The notes: generated by a model from the sequence alone, not told the origin. Positions 1 through 8,756 are shown, counted from the stretch's first letter. The stretch is DNA of 26,526 nucleotides from Thermomicrobiaceae bacterium (GCA_040904465.1 JBBDTL010000172.1:1-26526); one strand, 5' to 3'. Numbers and translations: made by a program.

Positions 1-698
1 AAGGAATACTTCATCAGTGAGCCGGAATAGCGCACCCGGGAGTTGTTGAACGCCTGCGGCTGGTGCAGATGACCTAGCGCAACATAGCTGAACGGCGAAA
101 AATGATCGACCGAGACCGTCTCCGCCCCGCCGATGTTCAGCGGCCGTTCGGAGTCTGTCACTGATCCACCGCTGACGAATGCATGGCCAAGCAGTACCGA
201 GCGGCCGTTGACCGGATAGCTGCCGATCAGTGATCGCATAGCACTATCGAAGCAGCGGACCTCATCGTCCGCCAGATGGGCCCGTACCTCGGCTGGTTCG
301 CAGTAAGGTGCCGAAAAGAAGCTGACCGGGCCGTGTTCATCATCGAAGATCACCGGCTCGCCGCACGATGCCAGATTCCCGAAGACATACAGGCCCTGCT
401 TCGCCATCAACCGGGCGCCGAACTCCAGCCGGCTCGGATTGTCATGATTCCCGGCGATGACCAGCATCGGGATCTCGTAATCGAGCGCGATCCGGGTCAG
501 CGTCTCGTTGAGCAGTTCGACGGCTTCAACCGGTGGATAGGCCCGGTCATAGATGTCGCCGGAGAGCACAATCACGTCCGGCCGCTGGTCAGCGACGAGT
601 TCAACGAACTGCTCCAGTAAATGCGCCTGATCGTCGGTGAGATGGATACCATGGAACAACCGGCCGAGGTGCCAGTCGGCAGTGTGCAGGATCCGCAC
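1..698 (-). CDS. sbcD: Exonuclease SbcCD subunit D (3' end runs off the window)
   Basis: Manual translation from GTG at 698 gives MRILHTADWHLGRLFHG...GDIYDR...IAGNHD...LGHAFV...YVALGHLH, the metallophosphoesterase motifs of SbcD/Mre11. Absent from the ORF track because it is truncated. Confidence 0.92.
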   Translation of the reverse strand, partial: MRILHTADWHLGRLFHGIHLTDDQAHLLEQFVELVADQRPDVIVLSGDIYDRAYPPVEAVELLNETLTRIALDYEIPMLVIAGNHDNPSRLEFGARLMAKQGLYVFGNLASCGEPVIFDDEHGPVSFFSAPYCEPAEVRAHLADDEVRCFDSAMRSLIGSYPVNGRSVLLGHAFVSGGSVTDSERPLNIGGAETVSVDHFSPFSYVALGHLHQPQAFNNSRVRYSGSLMKYS

Positions 699-815
699 GC
701 TTCACTTGCCCTTTCAAATCGTTCCGACCTGAGGATCATCCTGACGGCTCGTTGCATGACGTGCCGTTCTGCTATTGATGACGGAGTCAATACTACCGTG
801 AAATATCATGCGGTG

Positions 816-870
816 GGTAGCCGGGCCTCTCGTTCTCCTGGGCTGGCGCGTACGAGATGGGGCGGCTACC
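816..870. repeat. GTAG-type REP-like palindromic element
   Basis: GGTAGCCG (816-823) and CGGCTACC (863-870) are inverted; inner TCTCGT/ACGAGA pair. Intergenic between divergent sbcD and GMC genes. Confidence 0.45.
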
Positions 871-913
871 ATCGGTGAAGGCGATTCGCTGCGCAATCCC
901 GGGAGATGCACCC

Positions 914-2443
914 ATGATCAGCCAGAGCAGCTACGACTACCTGGTTATCGGCGGCGGGTCGGCGGGGGCGATCGTGGCATCCCGGCTGGCGGAAGATGGC
1001 GCTTCCAGCGTCTGCCTGGTTGAAGCGGGACCTTCGGACGAGAGCATCCCCGAGATACTCGAGCTGCAACGCTGGCCGGAACTGCTCCATACCGATTACG
1101 ACTATGGCTACAGGATCGAGCCGCAGGAACGCGGAAACAGCGGGATCATCCACAGTCGCGGCCGGATGCTCGGCGGCAGCGGCTCTCACAACATCTGCCA
1201 GGCCTGGCGAGCACCGGATCACGATATGTCTGCCTGGGAAGGCGCTGGCGCCACCGGTTGGGGTCCAGATGGCACCCGTCGGTATTTCGACCGCGTCCTG
1301 GAACGCACCGGGCTCGAATACACCCTGCCGGACAACCATGCCGCTCTCGCCTACATCGAAGCCGGCAAACAGCTCGGGTATACCGAGCGTCTGATGGCCG
1401 CCAATGCTGAAGAAGAGGGCGTCGGCTGGGTTGCGCTCAACGCGAAGAGTGGGATGCGCCAGTCAAGCTCGGTGGCTTACCTTCACCCGCTTTCCGAGGC
1501 ACCATACAACCTGACAGTGCTGACCGATACCCGTGCATTACGGCTTATCATCGATGACGCGGGCAATGCAACAGGCGTAGAGACTGACACGGGCACACTT
1601 CTGGCCCCCCAAGAAGTGATACTCTCCTGCGGCGCAATCGATACCCCGAAACTGCTGATGCTCTCCGGAATCGGGCCGGCCGATCATCTGCGTGAGCTGG
1701 GAATCGAGATCAGGGCGGACCTTCCAGTCGGCAAACACCTGCTCGATCATCCGGAGGCGGGCATCGTCTACGAGACGAACAGGCCCATCCACCAGCCGAA
1801 CACGGTCTTTTGCGACGCGGTCCTCCTGTCAAACATAGCCGATGCCGGCACTAACTGGCCGGAACTGATGATGTGGTTCTTCTCCGGTGACTTCGAGTCG
1901 TTCACCGTTGGATCTACTGTCGGTACTGACACCGCGGACAAGATCACGCCGGAAGGTATCACCGCTTTCACCATCGCTGCTGACATCCTGCATTCGAAGG
2001 CTGAAGGGGTTGTCACGCTACGATCAGCCGACCCGGCAGATCCACCGATTATCGATCCCAGGTACTTTTCAGATCCCGAAGGGTGGGACGAGTGGATCTT
2101 GCTGCAAGGGATCAAACTTGCCAGGCAAATCGCCGAACAACCAGCCTTGGCAGAATGGATTGCCCGCGAAGTAACTCCTGGCCCGCACGTGCAATCAGAT
2201 AAAGAGCTGCTGGAGTACGCCCGGAGCACGGCCTACACCGCCTATCACCCGGCTGGAACCTGCCGGATGGGCGCCGCCGATGACTCGACGGTAGTGGTCG
2301 ATCCGGAGCTTCGTGTCCGCGGAGTCGGTCGGTTGCGCGTTGCCGACGCATCGATCTTCCCGACGCTCCCCGGCTGTAACCCCAACATTACCTGCATGAT
2401 GGTCGGCGAGAAGTGTGCTGATCTTGTTCGAGGGAGAGGTTGA
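914..2443 (+). CDS. GMC family FAD-dependent oxidoreductase (choline dehydrogenase/oxidase-like)
   Basis: YDYLVIGGGSAG FAD motif, RGRMLGGSGSHN, LLMLSGIGP, YHPAGTCRMG, DASIFP...NPN. ATG 914 follows GGGAG RBS; the ORF track extends the start to 857. Confidence 0.92.
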   Translation: MISQSSYDYLVIGGGSAGAIVASRLAEDGASSVCLVEAGPSDESIPEILELQRWPELLHTDYDYGYRIEPQERGNSGIIHSRGRMLGGSGSHNICQAWRAPDHDMSAWEGAGATGWGPDGTRRYFDRVLERTGLEYTLPDNHAALAYIEAGKQLGYTERLMAANAEEEGVGWVALNAKSGMRQSSSVAYLHPLSEAPYNLTVLTDTRALRLIIDDAGNATGVETDTGTLLAPQEVILSCGAIDTPKLLMLSGIGPADHLRELGIEIRADLPVGKHLLDHPEAGIVYETNRPIHQPNTVFCDAVLLSNIADAGTNWPELMMWFFSGDFESFTVGSTVGTDTADKITPEGITAFTIAADILHSKAEGVVTLRSADPADPPIIDPRYFSDPEGWDEWILLQGIKLARQIAEQPALAEWIAREVTPGPHVQSDKELLEYARSTAYTAYHPAGTCRMGAADDSTVVVDPELRVRGVGRLRVADASIFPTLPGCNPNITCMMVGEKCADLVRGRG

Positions 2444-2512
2444 GAGCGGAATCCGGTACGTGAACCACAAGCGGGTTAGAGTCCTGAGATGGCGAATACG
2501 CGGCGATGACGG

Positions 2513-2765
2513 TGTCATCTCGACCGGAGTGCGACGACGAGGTAAGCTCGCCGATCGGATTCGTCCGTGACCACTGTGAACCATCTCGTCGCACGAAGCG
2601 GAGAAACCTGAGAATGTGCCGATGATAGAACTCCAGTACCGGCGAGGGGTCGCATGGGGAAGGCTCAGTTCTCTCCGCTGCGCGCCACCAGAGTCGGAGC
2701 CAAGCGTCAGCACACTCGATCAATAGAGTCGGACGCAGTGTGGTGGCGCTCCGGTCGAGATGACA
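2513..2765. repeat. 253-bp inverted-repeat-bounded cloverleaf element (MITE/REP-like or structured RNA)
   Basis: Perfect 17-bp terminal IR TGTCATCTCGACCGGAG (2513-2529 / 2749-2765) enclosing three arms: 2529-2537/2586-2594, 2598-2612/2664-2678, 2682-2690/2741-2749. Confidence 0.7.
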
Positions 2766-2798
2766 ATTTTTTGCAAATCACGCGAAATGGCGCACTGC

Positions 2799-3803
2799 CT
2801 ACAGCTCTTCCAGGCTATCCCGGATGACGTCGAAGTACTCCAGTGCCAGGCCGGTGCCGATGGCGACACAGCTCAGCGGGTCGTCCGCCACATAACAGGG
2901 GACACCGGTCACCTCGGTCAGCAGGACATCGAAGTTCCGCAACAGCGCCCCACCACCGGTCAGGATCATCCCCTTGTCGATGATGTCTGAGGAGAGCTCC
3001 GGCGGAGTCTCTTCCAGCACTGCCCGGACGGCACCGATGATCGCTTCCAGCGGCTCGGTGAACGCTTCGGTGATCTCATTGGCATGGATCTGAATTGTGC
3101 GCGGAAGTCCAGCAATCTCGTCCCGACCACGGACATCCAGGTAGATGTCTTCCTCGGTCGGAATCGCCGAACCGATCGCGATCTTGATCTCCTCGGCCGT
3201 CCGGTCGCCGATCCGCAGGTTGTACTTGCGCTTGATGTAGTTCTGAATCGACTCGTCGAACCGGTTGCCACCCATCCGGATAGAGCGGGCAACCACGATC
3301 CCATTGAGCGAGATGACCGCAACCTCAGTCGTACCGCCACCGATGTCGATGATCATGTTGCCGCTGGGATCCGCCACCGGCACCTTGGCGCCGATCGCTG
3401 CGGCAAGTGGTTCGCTGATGAGGTAAGCCCGGCGAGCTCCGGCATTCAATGCGGCATCCCGGACAGCGCGACGCTCCACTCCAGTAACTCCGGCTGGAAC
3501 ACAGATCATCACTTCCGGGCGAATCAGCGAAAACCGGCCGACGGCCTTGTTGATGAAATAGCGCAGCATCTCCTGGGTAACGACATAGTCAGCAATGACG
3601 CCATCCCGCATCGGCCGGACGACCTCGATCGTCTCGCGCGGCTCGCGCCCCAGCATGTTGCGGGCCTCAATGCCGACTGCTTTGACTTTGCCGTCCCGTG
3701 CGGAGATCGCAACAACGGACGGCTCGTTCAGGACGATGCCCCGTCCACGCAGGAATACGAGAACGTTGGCCGTTCCCAGATCGATTCCGAGCTGTTTTGC
3801 CAA
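2799..3803 (-). CDS. mreB: Rod shape-determining protein MreB/Mbl
   Basis: [54 protein letters not shown] actin-like ATPase motifs; TTG start after GGAG. Confidence 0.96.
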   Translation of the reverse strand: MAKQLGIDLGTANVLVFLRGRGIVLNEPSVVAISARDGKVKAVGIEARNMLGREPRETIEVVRPMRDGVIADYVVTQEMLRYFINKAVGRFSLIRPEVMICVPAGVTGVERRAVRDAALNAGARRAYLISEPLAAAIGAKVPVADPSGNMIIDIGGGTTEVAVISLNGIVVARSIRMGGNRFDESIQNYIKRKYNLRIGDRTAEEIKIAIGSAIPTEEDIYLDVRGRDEIAGLPRTIQIHANEITEAFTEPLEAIIGAVRAVLEETPPELSSDIIDKGMILTGGGALLRNFDVLLTEVTGVPCYVADDPLSCVAIGTGLALEYFDVIRDSLEEL

Positions 3804-3956
3804 AGGTGACCGCTCCGTTGCCTGTTCGCTTCAGTCAGAAAAATGGGCTCCGGCTTTCCCCGCCAACCAGTTTAGCCCCTGGACGCTTCCCGTTTCCCAA
3901 CGGCACGCAGATGTATCATACCAACGATCCCGATAAGCGCGAGATTCGCGGCTAAT

Positions 3957-4841
3957 CTACTCCGCCGGCTCGACTCCCTTGGCCCGCAACTTTTCAATAT
4001 CAGCCCGCGTTTCAGCCAGCTGTCGCTGAACCACTGGCAGCCGATCCCGCTGGCGCTCCAGATCCTGGATGACCTCGTCGCGTTCTTTCCGGAGCCGGCG
4101 AAGATCAGTATCGATCTCCTGCCGCTTCCAGTCCAGCTCGGCACACTGAGGGCAGCGGTCTTTCTGATCGAGCCAGCCGCCACATCGGGGACAGCGCCGA
4201 GTAAGATCGGCCAGCGTCAGTGCCGGTGGTTTGCTGCCGTCAGCCGTATGCTCAAGCACCTGGTTAGCGTAGGTAGCCAGGCTATGCCGCAGATGCTCAC
4301 GCAGCTCCTGTCTCAGTTCGTCGCTCTCAAGCTGCGGCATCAATTCGTCAACATCTCCAGAGACCCGCCGCAACTCCGGAATCGTCACCTGGTGACCACG
4401 CTCCGCCCAGTCAATCTCTTCGCTGTAGGCAATCTCCGCGTCACCGATCTTCAGGGTGATACGCGCCGGCTCGGTCTCTTGCAGATCAGTAATCTCGATC
4501 GGCACCGGTTCCAGCTGTGGGCGCTCCACAGGATCTGGGTCTGGCTCGATCGCTTCCCGGTCGGCCATTGCCTGCTCTACCGCCTGATTGAGCTGTTCGA
4601 TGCGTTCGGTCCACTGGTTCTCATTCGTCAGGGCTTCTTCCGCGCGGGCCAGATCGTACTCGAGGTTGCTTTCCCGCCGGATCAGGCGCCGGAGCGAACG
4701 ACGCTCGGCATCCCGGATGTGAAATCCCTGCTGCTGCTCCGACGAATCAGTTGCTTCCTCGCCCGAGTCAGGTGCTGGTCCGGCATCCTCTGACGAGCCC
4801 GATTGCTTTGCCTGGTTGAGCCAGTTTCGCAGCCACGACAC
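3957..4841 (-). CDS. Hypothetical coiled-coil protein with zinc-finger (CPRC-x9-CPQC)
   Basis: Long ORF with typical codon use; GTG 4841 follows GGAGG; two CxxC pairs flanked by E/R/Q-rich helical segments. Confidence 0.75.
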   Translation of the reverse strand: MSWLRNWLNQAKQSGSSEDAGPAPDSGEEATDSSEQQQGFHIRDAERRSLRRLIRRESNLEYDLARAEEALTNENQWTERIEQLNQAVEQAMADREAIEPDPDPVERPQLEPVPIEITDLQETEPARITLKIGDAEIAYSEEIDWAERGHQVTIPELRRVSGDVDELMPQLESDELRQELREHLRHSLATYANQVLEHTADGSKPPALTLADLTRRCPRCGGWLDQKDRCPQCAELDWKRQEIDTDLRRLRKERDEVIQDLERQRDRLPVVQRQLAETRADIEKLRAKGVEPAE

Positions 4842-4907
4842 GTGACCACCTCCCGTCGCCAGTAACAGATTGCGTCCTTGCCGGCCGTGACGATGCCGCT
4901 GCGCCAA

Positions 4908-5927
4908 TTAAGCCTGATGGCCGGTGGATCCGTCCGAGCGGACAATCTGCCAGCCTTCCACCTGTTTCATCGCTCGCAGAATGTAGGGGGTAACCCGCTC
5001 CGGTTCAGGAATCCCGCGGAGACCGCGGATGCGTTGCTCGCCTCCGTCTTCGGTGCCATCCAGCGCACGCGCCGCGCCGTAGATCTCCAGGCGTAACTGC
5101 CCGCGCAATATTCCGATGATCACAACGCTCCGATTGTAGCCGCCGCTTGTCCAGGTGATACGCACACTCACCGCATCCCGGCTCGAACCAGCCTGTTCCA
5201 GCCTGGCCAGTCCATCGAACTGCTCGATCGCCGCCTCCGCTGCCCGGGTAATTTCTTCCTGAGCCTGATTCCGGTTTACTTTGCGGATCTCCTCCGGACG
5301 CAGCCCGGTAATCTCGGCAAAGCGGAGCCGTACCCGGGATGTCTGATAGGCGATGACCATTCCCAGCAGAATCGCCCCGTGAACGATCCCCATACCGATC
5401 GAGTGCGCTGTCGTATCCCATGTGTATATCTGTGACCAGTCCCCGTGCAGATCGCTAAGCACATCCATCATCGGGTAGAAAACGAGCGACTGCAGGATAC
5501 TGATGATCCCGAACATGATCAGCAGGTAATTGATCGCCGAGCGCATTGGCCGTAGAAACGCCAGGAGCAGGGCGGCCAGCCCCATCGCGATGCTGACGAG
5601 ATTCCCCCAGAGCGCGATCCAGAAGAGCTCGACCGCGTCGGTTATGCCCTCATATCCCACGAACCCGAAGAAGAAGAAAAAGCCGAAGGCCGTGACGTCT
5701 CCGCCGTAGAGCAGGATCGCCACTGCGTGGCCAACCTCGTGAAACAGGACGCTCACCGGGAGCAGCATGAAGAAGGCCGCCACGCTCATATGCTGGCGGT
5801 CAGCCCGGGTGAAATCGTCGTCGAACAGTTTCTCGCGGTCGCGAATGGTCTGGTAGATCGTCCGGATCGAGATGACCGCCATCAGCAGTCCCATGATCGC
5901 CAGGCCGGCGAAGTTCGTAAACGGCAC
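4908..5927 (-). CDS. Membrane zinc metalloprotease, M50/site-2 protease-like
   Basis: HEVGH (HExxH) inside a hydrophobic segment, several TM-like stretches, soluble C-terminal domain; GTG start after AGGAG. Confidence 0.75.
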   Translation of the reverse strand: MPFTNFAGLAIMGLLMAVISIRTIYQTIRDREKLFDDDFTRADRQHMSVAAFFMLLPVSVLFHEVGHAVAILLYGGDVTAFGFFFFFGFVGYEGITDAVELFWIALWGNLVSIAMGLAALLLAFLRPMRSAINYLLIMFGIISILQSLVFYPMMDVLSDLHGDWSQIYTWDTTAHSIGMGIVHGAILLGMVIAYQTSRVRLRFAEITGLRPEEIRKVNRNQAQEEITRAAEAAIEQFDGLARLEQAGSSRDAVSVRITWTSGGYNRSVVIIGILRGQLRLEIYGAARALDGTEDGGEQRIRGLRGIPEPERVTPYILRAMKQVEGWQIVRSDGSTGHQA

Positions 5928-5968
5928 GCGGTGCTCCTAACTCCAGCGGTTGCCAGCGGTTGATTGTA

Positions 5969-6103
5969 GCAGCCGGCATCGTCCCGCTGATGGCGGGTAG
6001 TTGTGCAGTCTCGTCCGCACCATCTGGTCGCGGGTCCACACGGAGGTGGACGTCTACCGTAGTATCGGCTCCCTGGCAGCCGGCATCCTCCCGCTGATGG
6101 CGG
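5969..6103. repeat. Pair of 28-bp hairpin-forming direct repeats
   Basis: GCAGCCGGCATCGTCCCGCTGATGGCGG (5969-5996) and GCAGCCGGCATCCTCCCGCTGATGGCGG (6076-6103), one mismatch. Confidence 0.7.
6033..6058 (-). repeat. GTAG-family REP copy
   Basis: Reverse strand reads GGTAGACGTCCACCTCCGTGTGGACC: GTAG, stem, 6-nt loop; 22/26 identical to 7078-7103. Confidence 0.7.
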
Positions 6104-6161
6104 CTGGTGGTAGAGTGTTCCCATAGCGAATCGGACAGGGGCTTAGTGACAGGGCCATCTT

Positions 6162-7034
6162 GTGACAGATGATCTGCTCAGCGGCAATCAGATTCATCTA
6201 GCGGACAATCTTGATCTGCTCTGCAAGCTGCCAGACGGCTCCATTCCGCTGATCTACATCGATCCCCCGTTCAACACCGGCCGAATTCAGACACGTACCC
6301 GCATTCGCACCAGCCGGTCGATTGACGGCCCGGGTGACCGGACCGGTTTCCTTGGACAGCGCTATCAGACCACCCAGCTCGGCACCAGCCAGTTCGCCGA
6401 CTCGTTCGATGACTACCTGGCGTTTCTGGAACCCCGGTTGATCGAGGCGCATCGGGTGCTCGCCCCGAACGGCACACTCTACGTTCACCTGGACTACCGC
6501 GAGGTTCACTACGTCAAAGTGATGCTGGACGGCATCTTTGGTCGGGACTCGTTCATCAACGAGATTATCTGGGCCTACGACTACGGCGCCCGTGCCAGAC
6601 GAAAGTGGCCCGCCAAGCACGACACGATCCTGATGTACGCGAAGAACCCGAAGGTGTTCACCTTTAATGTGGACGACATTGACCGGGAACCCTACATGGC
6701 GCCGGGACTGGTCGGTCCTGAGAAGGCCGCCCGTGGAAAGCTGCCAACCGACACCTGGTGGCACACCATCGTACCCACTGTCGGTACCGAGCGCACCGGT
6801 TACCCGACTCAGAAACCGCTGGGAATCCTCCGCCGGATGATCAGGGCATCGTCGGACCCTCGAGATCTGGTGCTCGATTTCTTCGCCGGCAGCGGCACGA
6901 CCGGTATGGCCGCCCACGAGCTTGGCCGGCGGTTTCTCCTGGTCGATTCCCAGGAATCGGCGCTACAGGTGATGCAGGAGCGATTCCGGGATGTTGAGGG
7001 CGTGCGGTTTGTCGGGTATGAACCGGTATCGTAG
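6162..7034 (+). CDS. Site-specific DNA methyltransferase (N6-A/N4-C, beta class), solitary
   Basis: Motif IV IYIDPPF precedes YPTQKP and motif I LDFFAGSGTT; no endonuclease gene adjacent. Confidence 0.92.
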   Translation: MTDDLLSGNQIHLADNLDLLCKLPDGSIPLIYIDPPFNTGRIQTRTRIRTSRSIDGPGDRTGFLGQRYQTTQLGTSQFADSFDDYLAFLEPRLIEAHRVLAPNGTLYVHLDYREVHYVKVMLDGIFGRDSFINEIIWAYDYGARARRKWPAKHDTILMYAKNPKVFTFNVDDIDREPYMAPGLVGPEKAARGKLPTDTWWHTIVPTVGTERTGYPTQKPLGILRRMIRASSDPRDLVLDFFAGSGTTGMAAHELGRRFLLVDSQESALQVMQERFRDVEGVRFVGYEPVS

Positions 7035-7077
7035 GTTCACGGTTCCACGTAGACAGGATCCAAACCGTGCCAATCAT

Positions 7078-7103
7078 GGTAGACGCCGACCTCCGTGTCG
7101 GCC
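7078..7103 (+). repeat. GTAG-family REP copy
   Basis: GGTAGACGCCGACCTCCGTGTCGGCC: GTAG, GCCGAC/GTCGGC stem, CTCCGT loop. Confidence 0.7.
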
Positions 7104-7184
7104 GATCGAATCCGGAATCACCAGGTTCAACTCAGCGTCGCAATGTTGCACCAGATGATCTCATAACATGAAAGGAAAGAACCA

Positions 7185-8216
7185 TTGACCCACATACTCG
7201 ATTTACGCGGAGACTGGGCCGCCCGGCCGACGCAGGAGATGCGTCGGGCGATGGCCGATGCCGAAGTCGGCGATGACAACTCTCAGGAAGATCCGACGGT
7301 CATCAAGCTGGAAGAGCGTTCCGCCGAGCTGATGGGCAAGGAAGCCGGGCTCTTCGTGCCCAGCGGGACGATGGGCAACCTGGTCAGCATCATGGCGCTG
7401 GCGCCATACGGCTGCGAGATCATTGCCGGGGAGCAGGCGCACTCCATGATCTATGAGGTGGGCGGATATGCCGCAATCGGTGGTCACCCGGTCCGGACGG
7501 TTCCCAACGATCGATTCGGCATGATGGACCCGGACGCAGTGCGAGGCGCCATCCGGCCCGACAATATCCACTTCCCCACGACCGGTCTGCTACTCCTGGA
7601 AAACACCCACAATCTCCGCGGCGGGACCGTGCTGAGCGTGGAGCAGATGCGAGAGCTCTCAACAGTGGCCCATGACGCCGGTTTCCCGGTACATCTGGAT
7701 GGCTCGCGCATTTTCAACGCGGCCGCGTCGCTTGGTGTGCCCGCCAGGGATGTGGTGGCCGATGTCGACACGCTGACATTCTGCCTCTCCAAGGCGCTGG
7801 CCGCCCCGGTCGGCTCGATGGTCGTCGGCAGTCGGGAGCAGATCGACCGTGCCCGGCAGGCCAGAAAACTCCTGGGTGGTGGTATGCGGCAAGCCGGGGT
7901 TATCGCTGCTGCCGGGTTTGTGGCGCTGGAGACAATGATCGATCGTATCCCGGAAGATCACGCCAACGCCCGGAAGCTGGCCTATGGGCTTGCCGACATC
8001 CCCGGATTCACGGTTGATCTTGAAACGGTGCAATCCAACCTGGTTTTCGCGGATCTTTCTGAGGGGAAAACAGGCCCGGAGATTGGTGCCGCGCTGGAGC
8101 AGAACGGTGTCCGGATCAACGTGTTCGGGCCCGAACGAATACGGTTTGCCCTGCATTATGAAATCTCGTCGGCCGACGTTGATCAAGTAATCGACCAGGT
8201 CCGGCAACTCGTCTGA
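7185..8216 (+). CDS. ltaE: Low-specificity L-threonine aldolase family, PLP-dependent (paralogue 1)
   Basis: GDDNSQEDPTV, FVPSGTMGN, LENTHN, HLDGSRIFNA, CLSKALAAPVG (PLP Lys), GGGMRQAG. Confidence 0.88.
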   Translation: MTHILDLRGDWAARPTQEMRRAMADAEVGDDNSQEDPTVIKLEERSAELMGKEAGLFVPSGTMGNLVSIMALAPYGCEIIAGEQAHSMIYEVGGYAAIGGHPVRTVPNDRFGMMDPDAVRGAIRPDNIHFPTTGLLLLENTHNLRGGTVLSVEQMRELSTVAHDAGFPVHLDGSRIFNAAASLGVPARDVVADVDTLTFCLSKALAAPVGSMVVGSREQIDRARQARKLLGGGMRQAGVIAAAGFVALETMIDRIPEDHANARKLAYGLADIPGFTVDLETVQSNLVFADLSEGKTGPEIGAALEQNGVRINVFGPERIRFALHYEISSADVDQVIDQVRQLV

Positions 8217-8272
8217 CATCACGGTATTCCCGCTTCGGAGGCGGTTGCGGTCATCGACGCATCGCGACTGAC

Positions 8273-8281
8273 TGTTATACT
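8273..8281 (+). promoter_or_regulatory. Extended -10 promoter TGnTATACT
   Basis: TG-T-TATACT; would place +1 near 8287-8288. Confidence 0.5.
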
Positions 8282-8286
8282 TATGG

Positions 8287-8356
8287 GTACAGGTTGCTTC
8301 GGAAACTGATCCGGGGGTTCCAATGGGGCGGAACGCAGGAACAGCGCAACCTGTAC
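8287..8356 (+). ncRNA. Candidate structured 5' leader / small RNA (three-way junction), family unassigned
   Basis: Perfect 11-bp closing stem GTACAGGTTGC/GCAACCTGTAC with two inner hairpins (TCGGA/TCCGG and GTTCC/GGAAC); begins at the predicted TSS. Confidence 0.45.
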
Positions 8357-8368
8357 GTGTAACACACG

Positions 8369-8677
8369 ATGAATCGACAATACACGTCGCGAGTCAGTCG
8401 ATCTAAACCGAAGAAAGCGACGGGTGCTATGGTTTGGTCCCGGAGTGAGAACTCTGGTTCTGAATCGGCGCCGGCGACAGATGAGGTCGATGGACTCCGT
8501 TTCGGTTGTTCGATGTTGCGCCGTACACGGCTCTATCTGAATGGTGATGACAAACCGGTCATGCGCTGTTCGCTCGGATACGCAGTTCGAGATCAGGATG
8601 CTTTTGAGCGGTGTATGGCAGTTGAAGACCCATGTAACTGTTGGCATCTGCCATCACAGAATGGTTCCAGTTCCTAG
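8369..8677 (+). CDS. Small Cys-rich hypothetical protein (start uncertain: 8369 or 8429)
   Basis: ORF lies between a promoter and a terminator; C-terminal part CSML...RCSLG...RCMAVEDPCNCW looks protein-like; RBS weak. Confidence 0.45.
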   Translation: MNRQYTSRVSRSKPKKATGAMVWSRSENSGSESAPATDEVDGLRFGCSMLRRTRLYLNGDDKPVMRCSLGYAVRDQDAFERCMAVEDPCNCWHLPSQNGSSS

Positions 8678-8756
8678 AGACATCGGCCTCCGCAAGCGGA
8701 GGAATCTTCGGGCATACGGCTCGAGCCGGCCCCGACTCAGGGCACAAAACGATCGC

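Noticed and set aside
276-620. 114-aa plus-strand ORF in the track
   Set aside because: Antisense shadow of sbcD, which has all the catalytic motifs on the minus strand.
6162-7034. Methyltransferase as part of a defence island or RM system
   Set aside because: No endonuclease or other defence genes nearby; neighbours are housekeeping genes.
7041-7056. GGTTCCACGTAGACAG resembles parS
   Set aside because: Only a half-site; the right arm has several mismatches and is not palindromic.
8305-8345. ACTGATCCGG...GCAGGAAC resembles the 3' half of a TPP riboswitch, and GGAACGCAGGAACAGC resembles SRP RNA
   Set aside because: Lacks the GGGG..CUGAGA 5' half of TPP and the CAGG-GNRA-AGCAG loop of SRP; kept as an unassigned RNA.
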